NCBI GenBank assembly: GCA_965223845.1
Contig: CBDCXR010000004.1
Span: forward strand, 2,752,001-2,816,000
Direction: 5' to 3'
Source: Planctomycetota bacterium
GTDB taxonomy: Bacteria; Planctomycetota; UBA8108; SXIK01
Length of the DNA: 64,000 nt
Made by a program: the position numbers and the translations under genes. The notes under the pieces are model-generated. The model searched no databases and was not told where the DNA came from. It was given only the letters and a program-made list of their open reading frames with translations. Within the stretch, counting starts at the first letter, position 1. The number at the start of each line of letters is the position of its first letter. Positions 8,866-17,849 of the stretch are shown here, one piece after another.

Positions 8866-11688
8866 TCAACGGAACCACTGGGCCCGCAGCATCTCGACCG
8901 GCATGAAGTTCACGTAGTAGGTTCGGTTTCGATCCTCTCCGACGTCCTCTTCGAACGAGAACGAGAGGGCGAAGCGATCGAACACCCGGGTCACCCCGAC
9001 ACGGATCTCGACGTCTCGGCGACGCTCGAAGTCGTGCGCGTAGAACGCGTCGAAGGCCCACTTCGGATTGAGCCAGAACCGTACGTTCCCGTAGAGGACG
9101 TTCGTCCGCCGGCGCGTCAGCCGGTCTCCCACGATGAGGCGCAGAGCGTCCGGAACGAGCTGAATGGAAGCCGAAGCGTCGACGCGTTCGAGGCGGAAAT
9201 CTCGGTTCGGATTCAGCTCCGACCAGTACCGAAACGAGACGCGACGCACGTACAGCGTGTTGTCGAGCCGGAGGAACGAGCTCCGATCGCCGCCGTTGTC
9301 ACGCCGGCGCTGCGGGTAAACGACGACGCTGATATCGCTGTCGAATACACGGTCCGTCGCGTAGCGCGCCGTCGCGAGCGCCTCCCGCTCGCCGAGCCGT
9401 GCCGACACGCTCCGCAGCTCGCCGGGGAGTCGTCGTCGCGAATGGAGCTCGTTCCGAAGCGAGAGACTGAAGCTCTCCTCGAGATCGACGGTGTCGACGG
9501 CGTCGACACCGATCAAGCGCTCGGGCGCGAGATCGTTCGTCGTGACGTTCAAATAGGTGAGACGCGGTACGACGATGTGCTTGAGGCGCTCGATCCCGAG
9601 CTTCTCGCGAACGAGGCTGCCCTCATCGAGCGCGAATACCCGGCTCCACTGCTGGCTGAGTGTGACGCCGGCTCCGAACGTGACGCGATCCTCGTCTTGG
9701 TCCAGCGGATCGAGCACCTCCTCGAACGCGCTGTAACGGCCGAACGCGAACGGGAGCGCGTCGAGATACGGCGACAGCAACCGGAGCGGGTACGACCACT
9801 CGTTTCGCACATCGAAGCGACCGAAGCGACGATCGGGGAGCCCGGTCGCGTCGTCGGGCCGCACACGAAGATGCGCTGCCTGCACCGTGAGGTCGGTGTA
9901 GAGCCCGGTCGAGAAGACGGGCTGCTGAAACACCGAGAAGCGCCCTTCGGGAAGCCGCTCCGTCACGGTCGCGAAGTCGTTCGTTCTCACCTTGGCGAGT
10001 GCGGTGACGGCGAGGTTGTCGCGAACGTTTCGGCGCCAGTAGGCGAGCGTCTCCTGCTCCTTCTCTTCCTTGGCCTCGCGCTCGAAAAACTCCCCGAGAA
10101 ACGCGCGGTCGGAGAGCTTGGAGTACTCCAGATCAAGCAGGCCCACGTACGGAATGGCTTGGCGGTGCCAGATCCGCCCCCAGTCGCGCGACTCCCGCGG
10201 CACCGGAAGGCGAGTGGTGCGGTCCTCGTCGCCGCGGTCCTCGATGCGAAAGTACCGCCCGTCGCCGGTGAAGGACCAGCCGAGCTGCTCGGTCTGCCAC
10301 GGCCCCCACCGGCGCGGCCGGAGCCCGTAGGCTCCGTTCGGTCCCCAGCCGAAGCCACGCCGGTCGTAGTAGACCGTGTCGAAGCCGAGCCGAGCGTTCC
10401 GGTCGAAGCGCTCGAGGCCGGACGAGTCGCCGAGCGGAAAGAGTCGCGCGAGGTAGTTGACGTTCCAGTTGACCCCGAGAAAGGGTCCGAACTGAGATGA
10501 GCTCCCGGGCTCGATCGACCGGATCGGCATGAAGTCGTTCCATCGCGTGTCCCAGTAGCCCACCGGGAGCGGCGCGACGGGTTGATCGAGAATAGACACC
10601 CACGTGCCGTCCGGATCGATGATGAACGCGGGAAGCGTCCCCGTCTCTCGCTCGGCTCGCAGGCGGTCGCGGAGTCGCTCGAGCTCGCCGCTCGCGTCGA
10701 CTTCCGCCCGCGGATCGATGCGGCGGAGCGCAGCGAGCTCTTCCGTGCTCAGATCCGCGGGAAACACCTCGATTTCATCCGAGGCGAGCGCGATGGGCGG
10801 GACCGCGAGCTGCGAATTCGTCGCGCGAACACGTCGCCCGCGAAAGTACTGAAAGCGATGGAGGAGGAGCTCCTCGGCACGCAGGACGAGGGGAGACTCG
10901 TAGAGCGGCCGGTGCGGATTCGAGACGTCGTTGGCCGGCGTGCCTCGGCCGAGCTTCGACTCGATGACGGTCGGGATGTGAACCGCTCTCTCGACCGTCG
11001 TCATCAGACGGACGCCGCGGGCGACGCCGATCCCCGTGGGGTGCTCGAAATAGAGCTCGTCGGCTTCCAGATGGGTTCCCTGTCTCTCGAGGTCCACGCG
11101 GACCCGTCCGCGTGCGTAAGCGGTCACTCGGCGAAACCGCTGTCCGCTCACCGTCGCTGGGGCGACGGAATCGGACGCTCGCGCCCGCGAAGCCTCTTCC
11201 GCGTCCGACTCTCCCGACGCGTCGTCGTCGCGAATGCGATCGGCGAGGTCGGCGAAGACGACGAGCAGGTCGGCCTGAATCCGGACCGGCTCCCCCTCGA
11301 ATGAATAGCGCCAATCGACAGAGCCGACGGCGTATCCCGCGATGCGCTGATCCTCCTCGGTCCGCACGAGCGGGAGGTCGATCACCGTCCGCTCGGCCCG
11401 CGGACGCTGCGCGCCGCGAAGATCGATGCCGAGAGTCTGAAGCGAGATCGACCCGGATGACTCTGGCGGGAACTCTTCGTCGGAGTCGCCCGCCGAAACC
11501 TCCGGCTCGTCGACGTCCGGCGGGATCGTGGGAAGGGGCGCCCCGTCGCCTGCGAACGCCCGCGCGGCGGCCATCGATCCGATGAGCACCACGATTCCCC
11601 CGCGGAGCGCGAGCCGCACCCGGGCGCAGGCACGCTGCGACGTTCGAGCAGCGGCGATCTCGCTCACGCTGTCACCCGATCTCTTCAC
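8866..11688 (-). CDS. lptD: LPS assembly outer-membrane beta-barrel LptD-like protein
   Basis: Signal-like N-terminus, OstA-like jellyroll segment (HLEADELYF), long beta-strand-rich region with LptD-like motifs (YYDRRGFGWG, LSDRAFLGEFF, TERLPE, LKHIVVPRLTY). Start uncertain. Confidence 0.7.
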   Translation of the reverse strand: MKRSGDSVSEIAAARTSQRACARVRLALRGGIVVLIGSMAAARAFAGDGAPLPTIPPDVDEPEVSAGDSDEEFPPESSGSISLQTLGIDLRGAQRPRAERTVIDLPLVRTEEDQRIAGYAVGSVDWRYSFEGEPVRIQADLLVVFADLADRIRDDDASGESDAEEASRARASDSVAPATVSGQRFRRVTAYARGRVRVDLERQGTHLEADELYFEHPTGIGVARGVRLMTTVERAVHIPTVIESKLGRGTPANDVSNPHRPLYESPLVLRAEELLLHRFQYFRGRRVRATNSQLAVPPIALASDEIEVFPADLSTEELAALRRIDPRAEVDASGELERLRDRLRAERETGTLPAFIIDPDGTWVSILDQPVAPLPVGYWDTRWNDFMPIRSIEPGSSSQFGPFLGVNWNVNYLARLFPLGDSSGLERFDRNARLGFDTVYYDRRGFGWGPNGAYGLRPRRWGPWQTEQLGWSFTGDGRYFRIEDRGDEDRTTRLPVPRESRDWGRIWHRQAIPYVGLLDLEYSKLSDRAFLGEFFEREAKEEKEQETLAYWRRNVRDNLAVTALAKVRTNDFATVTERLPEGRFSVFQQPVFSTGLYTDLTVQAAHLRVRPDDATGLPDRRFGRFDVRNEWSYPLRLLSPYLDALPFAFGRYSAFEEVLDPLDQDEDRVTFGAGVTLSQQWSRVFALDEGSLVREKLGIERLKHIVVPRLTYLNVTTNDLAPERLIGVDAVDTVDLEESFSLSLRNELHSRRRLPGELRSVSARLGEREALATARYATDRVFDSDISVVVYPQRRRDNGGDRSSFLRLDNTLYVRRVSFRYWSELNPNRDFRLERVDASASIQLVPDALRLIVGDRLTRRRTNVLYGNVRFWLNPKWAFDAFYAHDFERRRDVEIRVGVTRVFDRFALSFSFEEDVGEDRNRTYYVNFMPVEMLRAQWFR

Positions 11689-12091
11689 CCTCGGTCAGCT
11701 CCCGCCAGTCGCGCCGGGCGGCCGGCCGCTGGCTTCCGGCGCGCCGAAGCGAAGCGCGAGCTGTCGCTCGCGCCGCTGGTGCGTCCGCCGGACTCCGGGC
11801 ATGGTACGTCAGCCCGAGGCCGTGTCAAGGTGACCGGAGCCGGAGCCGCGTGCGCTCCAGAACGTCGCCGCCGAGTAGTTTCCTTCCGAAACGCGCGCCG
11901 GAGGGCGTACTATCCGGTAGCGCAGGGTCGGGTAGAGGGTGCCCACTTTCGGCAAGAAGATTGCACCCGAGTCCATCACCCCGCCACCCGGCGCCTCGTC
12001 GACGGCGGCTCTTCGCGGCTCTCCGCGCGAACCCGGCGCGCTTCGCGCCGCCCTCCCTCCATCTTTGCCCCAACTCCACGGAGCTTCTCTC

Positions 12092-13606
12092 ATGAACGCC
12101 GCACGACGCTGCGTGATCCTCGGCGCGATCGCCGCTTTCGCTTCCGCCGGGCTGCCGCTCACCGCGCAGACTCCGCCTGTCCAAGGCGTGGACAAGACTC
12201 CGGACTGTGGCCAGCTCCACCACGAGATCCTCGAGTACTACCGCGGCCTGCCGACCTCCTTTCGCATGTCGAACGCGGAAGCGGACCGCCTCGCGCTGGC
12301 GACAAACGACGTACTCCTCAAAGCGAAGAGCTATCTCACCCGATGCGCGAAGTCCGTCGACCCGGCGGTCGTCGGAGAGGTCGAGTTCGTCGCCGCGAAA
12401 GCGACGTATCTCCTCTCGAAGCGATACCGAACGCAGGTCTTCGCCGAGCTCAAGGACACGCTCCAGGGAAAAGAGCTCCGGGCCGAGCTCCTTCGCCGCG
12501 TGCGGGACTACCTCGGCCAGGTCGATCTCCTCGCCGAGCGTGCGATCGCGAAGCTGCCGCGAACGCACGAGCTTCGCCCCCGGGCGATGGAGATCGCTGC
12601 GCTCAGCGTTCACGAGGCCGAACGCCCCGTCGACGCCGCGGCGAAGTACCGGCGGTTCCTCCGGGAGCACCCCGGGGACGAACGCGCGCACGCGATGGTG
12701 AACGGTCTCGCCCGAGCATTCCTCGATGCCGAGAGCTTCGACGACGGCATCGCTCTCCTCGAACGCGCGCTCCGCGATCACTACCGCTCGGCGAGCTACC
12801 CGTACTTCGTCGACGCGCTGCGCCGCATGTACGGCGGTGCGGGGAAGATCGACGAGTACCGAAAGATCGTCCGCACTGGACTCATCGTCTTTCCGCTCAA
12901 GCAAAAGAACACTCGGCTCTCCGCCCACCTCCGCAACGTCTTCGAACGCTTCGAGGTGTTCTTCGGCTACTGGAACGGATACGGCGCCCTCGCGGCCGGT
13001 GACTTCGACGGCGCGCAAAAGGCGTTCGAGAAGCACATCGCTGCGGTCAACGCGCTCGAAAAGGCGTACGAATCGAAGGGGCGCGCGATCAAGCCCGAGT
13101 ACGGCATCTATCGAGCTCGTTCGGAGCTCGCGCTCAAGTTCGTGACCGAGCTCAGCGGTCGCCCGGCGCCGCGGGAGCTCGACGCGGCCTGGATCACGGA
13201 CAAGAAGCTGACGATCGGCGAATCGCTCGGGAGCGTCGCCGGGATTCTCTTTCGGGGGGTGAACGACGAGAGATCACAGGAGTTCATGTCGCGACTCTCG
13301 CACGTGTGCAGCGCGGAGCCCGATCTCGCGATGGCGGCGATCCACTATCTCCGCGAGCAGCAGCCGCTCCCGCTGCGCGAGCGCATCCTTCGCGAGGAGA
13401 TCGATTCGATCGACTTCGTCGGGGCGGCCGGCTTCGACCCGGACGACGAGAACCAGGAGATCTTCCGTGCGTACTCCGCGAAAGTCGGAAGCGCGACCTT
13501 CGTCGTCGTCGACCGGACCGGGAACCTCGTCTGGCACATGGAGGATCCCCGCGGAGTCGACGTCGGGCTCGTCACTGCGATCATGAAACGCGTCGGCGAA
13601 AACTGA
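12092..13606 (+). CDS. Secreted TPR-like helical protein with C-terminal thioredoxin-like domain lacking CxxC
   Basis: Signal peptide MNAARRCVILGAIAAFASAGLPLTAQ, TPR-like helices (AAAKYRRFLREHPGD), and a TlpA-like tail (GRPAPRELD...ATFVVVDRTGNLVW). Confidence 0.6.
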   Translation: MNAARRCVILGAIAAFASAGLPLTAQTPPVQGVDKTPDCGQLHHEILEYYRGLPTSFRMSNAEADRLALATNDVLLKAKSYLTRCAKSVDPAVVGEVEFVAAKATYLLSKRYRTQVFAELKDTLQGKELRAELLRRVRDYLGQVDLLAERAIAKLPRTHELRPRAMEIAALSVHEAERPVDAAAKYRRFLREHPGDERAHAMVNGLARAFLDAESFDDGIALLERALRDHYRSASYPYFVDALRRMYGGAGKIDEYRKIVRTGLIVFPLKQKNTRLSAHLRNVFERFEVFFGYWNGYGALAAGDFDGAQKAFEKHIAAVNALEKAYESKGRAIKPEYGIYRARSELALKFVTELSGRPAPRELDAAWITDKKLTIGESLGSVAGILFRGVNDERSQEFMSRLSHVCSAEPDLAMAAIHYLREQQPLPLRERILREEIDSIDFVGAAGFDPDDENQEIFRAYSAKVGSATFVVVDRTGNLVWHMEDPRGVDVGLVTAIMKRVGEN

Positions 13607-13666
13607 CGGCGAGGCCGAAGCCCCCCGCGCCGGCGCGGCTTCGTCGCGTCGGATCCTCGCGCGGCC

Positions 13667-14383
13667 CTAGCCGCCGATGACCTGCGGCTCGTCGTCCTCG
13701 TACGCGTCTTGCCCGGTGATCTCCACCGAAAGCGACGAGAGGAGATCCTGGATCCGGCGCTCCTTCGAGTTCACCCAGAGAACGTGATCGAGAACGATCG
13801 CCTGCTTCTCGCTCGTCGGGTAGATCACGACTCGCCCAGCTCCGAGAAGGAAGAACTCGAAGACGTCGTTGATCTCCTTCGTCATCTTGAGGTTCGGCGA
13901 GGGGTAGCGCTTCACGTCGCCGAGGAAGCCTTCCTTGTGAAGGATCTCGTTGCTCTTCACGATCCAGTAGTCGAACCGGGTCGTAATGAAGACTCCCGTG
14001 AGGATGACGGAGAGGTAGGTACCGAGCGTAAAGTAAAAGTGATTCGAGACGCGGAGATCGAACGCGAGCACGAAGTCGCGGATGAACTGTAAGACCTGCC
14101 ACCGAGTTCCGAGGTAGAGAAGTAGAAAGAAGACGGCGAGGAGAAAGAAGAAGATCGCGACGGTCTTAAAGCGCGAGAACTCGAACGAGATCACGAGAAG
14201 GTTGAGCGCGAGGACGACGAAGAAGATCTCACCCGCGATCGGCGCCGCTTCGGACTCGATCCCGCCTTCGCTCAGGAGCTGCCAGGTGCCGCAGATGAGG
14301 CTGAAGACGAGGACCGGATAGAGGAACACCACCTTCGGGTAGGACCGGATCGTGATCTGGTCTCGCTGCGGCCGGTCGGTCAT
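13667..14383 (-). CDS. Hypothetical 4-TM membrane protein with C-terminal bacterial PH-like domain
   Basis: Four hydrophobic helices, then YWIVKSNEILHKEGFLG...FFLLGAGRVVI resembling bPH-type folds; GAGGAG RBS upstream. Confidence 0.65.
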   Translation of the reverse strand: MTDRPQRDQITIRSYPKVVFLYPVLVFSLICGTWQLLSEGGIESEAAPIAGEIFFVVLALNLLVISFEFSRFKTVAIFFFLLAVFFLLLYLGTRWQVLQFIRDFVLAFDLRVSNHFYFTLGTYLSVILTGVFITTRFDYWIVKSNEILHKEGFLGDVKRYPSPNLKMTKEINDVFEFFLLGAGRVVIYPTSEKQAIVLDHVLWVNSKERRIQDLLSSLSVEITGQDAYEDDEPQVIGG

Positions 14384-14500
14384 CTCGATCCCGTCTCCTC
14401 TTGGCTGTCGCTACGATCCGCGCCGCGCTCAGGGGCGCGCAGAATCCGCCGGCGCACCGCTCCATGCGGGGGCGGCGCGGGCGCTGAGGTCTCCCCCGTG

Positions 14501-14528
14501 ATGACGAGAACCGGCTCCGCGGGTTTCC
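14501..14528 (-). promoter_or_regulatory. Possible ECF sigma promoter
   Basis: Minus strand GGAAAC-16 nt-CGTCAT upstream of the 13667-14383 gene; matches the generic AAC/CGT ECF pattern. Confidence 0.3.
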
Positions 14529-14690
14529 GCCTTTTTTCGCTGGCCGGCACATTTTCTTCATCCGGTGCCCCAGGTTGAAGCGGCTTCTCGACCTTTTCCG
14601 GATTCTCTCGCCCGCCGGTCCGTCCCGGGGCATTCGCTCGGATTCACCGAGGGTCCGCACTCTTCAGCGGAGCGCGCGGTCAGGCCCTGC

Positions 14691-14741
14691 AGAAAAAAGC
14701 GTCGGGCGGGAAGCGACTCATCCCTCGCTTCCCGCCCGACG
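14691..14741 (-). terminator. Rho-independent terminator
   Basis: Perfect 17-bp stem CGTCGGGCGGGAAGCGA / TCGCTTCCCGCCCGACG with an 8-nt loop, followed by CTTTTTTCT on the minus strand, ~50 nt after the 14794 stop. Confidence 0.85.
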
Positions 14742-14793
14742 AGCGTTCGCGGCCCTCGACTCTACGCGGCGGTACGAGTCCGCGCGAAGAGAT

Positions 14794-15219
14794 TCAGCGA
14801 AGCCGGACGCCGCAGGAGCCGCAGTCGTAGTAGTCGATCACGCGCCGGTGATAGCCGCGCCGAACGACGATCTTCGAGTAGACCGGACGGCCACAGTCGT
14901 CGTAGCCGACGAACACGGTCCGGTAGACGGGCGCGACCCAGACTCGCTTGTAGTGTGGCCGGCGAACGTGACGGTGACAGTGCCGCTCGTAGACCGGGCG
15001 GTGTCGATGCCGGACGTGACGCACTCGGCGATAGCGCGGTCCGTGGTCGTAGTGACGCACGTGTCGCCGTCCACGACCGACACCGAACTCGACGTGCGCG
15101 CCGCGGCTTCCGATGCCGATTTGGAATCCCCAGCGCGGCTTGTGATCGGCCATTGCGGGCGCAGCGATTCCCAGGACGGCGACGACGATCACGGCGGTCG
15201 ATAACTTGGGGCGGTTCAT
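14794..15219 (-). CDS. Small secreted His/Arg/Tyr-rich protein
   Basis: GGAGG RBS then MNRPKLSTAVIVVAVLGIAAPAMA (AMA signal peptidase site), RVWVAPVY motif, dedicated terminator. Confidence 0.75.
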   Translation of the reverse strand: MNRPKLSTAVIVVAVLGIAAPAMADHKPRWGFQIGIGSRGAHVEFGVGRGRRHVRHYDHGPRYRRVRHVRHRHRPVYERHCHRHVRRPHYKRVWVAPVYRTVFVGYDDCGRPVYSKIVVRRGYHRRVIDYYDCGSCGVRLR

Positions 15220-15410
15220 GGCGTCCTCCACTCGGAACTAGGCAGCGGGACTGGCTTGCTTCTACGCGTGAGACGCGGGGACGAGAGGAATTATTCACTC
15301 CCGCGTTGCGGCGGCGATGGGCCCGCGTGAGAATCCCGTGCTGCCTGACCCACCCGCTCTCCCGCGCGGAGAGCTCCGCCTTGGCACCGTTCACGAGTCC
15401 GGGCGGGGAT

Positions 15411-17672
15411 ATGAACGAGTCGGGCAGAACGGCACGAGCCGAACACGCAGGCCTGCGCGCGGATCGTCTCGCGCGCTTCGTTTCTTCACACCCCGGACTG
15501 CTTTACGGCACGTCGTTCGCAGTGGGTGCGGCGCTCGAAACCGCGCCGAACGGGCGAGTGCCCTCCGGTGCGGCGGTCCTCGTACTCGCGGTCACGGTCG
15601 GCGCGATCGGCGTCTGCGCGCGCAGTCGTTTTCCATCGCCACGCGTGAGACAGCGGCTCGCTCGCACGGTTGCGATCGGAATGGTCTTCGCGTTCGCGGG
15701 AGCCGGCCGCGTCCACTTCCCGGGCGACAGCAGCCGACCGTCTCCTCCGCGAGCCAGTGCGATCGTTCGCGGAGTCGTCGTCAGTCCCCCACTCACGGAT
15801 GCACCGGGCGGCAAAAGCGGGCTGCCCGCGACGAGCTTTGACCTCCGCACCGAGTCGATCGGCGCGCCGGTGCACGTTCGCTCCCTCCAGTCGATCCCCG
15901 GTGTCCGCGGCGGTGACCTCGTCTCGGTGCAGGGTACGGTTCTCCCCGGCCGTCGCGGCTCGGTGCAGCTCCGGGCAGACCGAAGGGCGAGCGTTCGCCT
16001 CCTTCGCGAGCCCGGAAGTGACGAAGGGAGTGAGCCTACTCGAACCGGGACGCGTCTTCGCGTCGCGGCGTACCGCGCTCTCGGATCCCTCCGTCAACAT
16101 CTCTACGACCGACTCGGGCAGCTCTACTGCGGAGACGATCACGGCGTCCTGCTCGCGCTCCTCCTCGGCGACCGACGCGCGCTCTCCGCTTCGACCCGCG
16201 ACGCTCTCGTCGACTCGGGAACGTTTCACTTCCTCGCGATCAGCGGCCTTCACGTCGGGCTCGTCCTCTGGGCGATCCGCCGGATCCCCTGTCCGCGACG
16301 CGCGCGGCTCACCGTTCGACTGGGTCTCGCTGCAGCCTTCGTCATCCTCACCGGAGGGCAGCCACCCGCAGTCCGCGCCGGGATCTTTCTCGCCGCTCAG
16401 CTCGTCTACGCGTCGCGCGATCGATGGTCGCCGCCGCTCAACGCGCTCGGCTGGACGGCGCTCCTTCTCCTCGGGTTTGATCCGCTTCTCGTTCGCGACG
16501 TCGGCTTTCTGCTCTCCTTCGTCGCGGTACTCGCGATCCTCACTTGGGGACAGCGCCTCGCCGCGGCTGAACCGTCCGCCGAACTTCCCGTCGAGCGACG
16601 CCCGAGCTCGACGGCATGTAGAGTCGTCGCTGGCGCGACCAGTGTACTTCGCCGGGCCTTCGCGGCGTCGCTCGCCGCAACCGTGGCGACGACTCCCGTT
16701 CTCCTCTGGACGTTCGGGCGAATCCATCCCCTCGCACCACTCTGGAACGTCATCGCCTTCCCCTTCGTGGCCGCGGGCCTGTTCGCCGGCGCGGGCAGCC
16801 TCGTCGTTTCGTCGGTTTCGGTCGAAGCGGCGCGACCGCTGGCGGCAGTCGCCGCCGCATCCCTTCGAGTGCTCACCTCGACTCTCGAGTTCGCCGCCGG
16901 CGTCCCGGGGAGCTCGCTCCAGCTCGGGGGCGCTTCGTTCGTCGCGATCGGCGCGGTGTACTTCGTTCTCGTCGCCGGAATCGCGACGCCCGCTCGAAGC
17001 CGAACGCTCGCCGCTGCACTCGTACTCGTCGCCGCCGCGGTGTTCTTAGGACCTCGTCCCGGCGCCGCGCTCCACGTCGTTCCCGGGACGACGCGCGGGA
17101 GCGCCGTCGTCCGCGTCGCCGACGCCGCGACTCTCATCGTCGAGCCGCGGCCCGACACCGCGGATGGAATCGCCCGCGCGCTGGCCGGCCTTCCGCGAGC
17201 TCGTGTCCAGGTCGTCGGGCTCACCTCGCTCGATTCCCGCGTGCTCGACCGCGTCTCGGCGACGCGACACCAGACCTCTGAGCGGAGCGTTCGTCCCCTT
17301 TGGCGCGGCGAGGAGCTACGAGCCCGGCCGACCGCCTCGTTTCTGGTCCTCCAGCCATCGCGCGAGGATCCGGCTTCACGGCGCCGCCTCGTCGCCCGCG
17401 TCGAAACGCCGACTTCGTCGTGCATCCTGGTCGGCGCCGGACCGGACCGCGCGGTCGGTCGCCTCCTCTCCGGCAACGACGATCTCCGCGCGGACCTCCT
17501 CGTCGTCCTCGGGACGATTCGCAGGAGCGAAGTGTGGAGCGAGCTTCTCCGGCGCGTCGAGCCCCGTCGCGTCGTCGTCGCCCGGCGCGATCTCCGGGAA
17601 GAGATCGGATCCGGTCTCTCGTCGATTCTTCGCGTCGACATGGCGAACCCGGACACCTGCGTTCTACCCTAG
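15411..17672 (+). CDS. comEC: ComEC/Rec2 family competence protein
   Basis: ALLLGDR, SGTFHFLAISGLHVG, GGQPPAVRA, DVGFLLSF, WNVIAFP. The C-terminal beta-lactamase-like domain appears degenerate. Confidence 0.85.
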   Translation: MNESGRTARAEHAGLRADRLARFVSSHPGLLYGTSFAVGAALETAPNGRVPSGAAVLVLAVTVGAIGVCARSRFPSPRVRQRLARTVAIGMVFAFAGAGRVHFPGDSSRPSPPRASAIVRGVVVSPPLTDAPGGKSGLPATSFDLRTESIGAPVHVRSLQSIPGVRGGDLVSVQGTVLPGRRGSVQLRADRRASVRLLREPGSDEGSEPTRTGTRLRVAAYRALGSLRQHLYDRLGQLYCGDDHGVLLALLLGDRRALSASTRDALVDSGTFHFLAISGLHVGLVLWAIRRIPCPRRARLTVRLGLAAAFVILTGGQPPAVRAGIFLAAQLVYASRDRWSPPLNALGWTALLLLGFDPLLVRDVGFLLSFVAVLAILTWGQRLAAAEPSAELPVERRPSSTACRVVAGATSVLRRAFAASLAATVATTPVLLWTFGRIHPLAPLWNVIAFPFVAAGLFAGAGSLVVSSVSVEAARPLAAVAAASLRVLTSTLEFAAGVPGSSLQLGGASFVAIGAVYFVLVAGIATPARSRTLAAALVLVAAAVFLGPRPGAALHVVPGTTRGSAVVRVADAATLIVEPRPDTADGIARALAGLPRARVQVVGLTSLDSRVLDRVSATRHQTSERSVRPLWRGEELRARPTASFLVLQPSREDPASRRRLVARVETPTSSCILVGAGPDRAVGRLLSGNDDLRADLLVVLGTIRRSEVWSELLRRVEPRRVVVARRDLREEIGSGLSSILRVDMANPDTCVLP

Positions 17673-17849
17673 ACTCGAGGAATCCCTCGGCGGACCGGAT
17701 CGATCACGGACGGCCGCGCGCGTGAGACCGCCCTCAGAGACGAAGCCCCGCCTCCCCGAGGGGGTTACAATGGTCGGGCTCGAACTCGTCCTCTCCGGAG
17801 GAGACGCTCGGGCGGAGCCGAACCGAGGGAGATCGGAGAGCCTGTCTAC

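Noticed and set aside
14565-15410. N-terminal extension of ComEC in the 1035-aa track ORF
   Set aside because: It overlaps a terminator and the opposite-strand secreted protein; the real start is more likely 15411. Track ORFs for udg, der, nuoH, fadJ and nadA are similarly over-extended.
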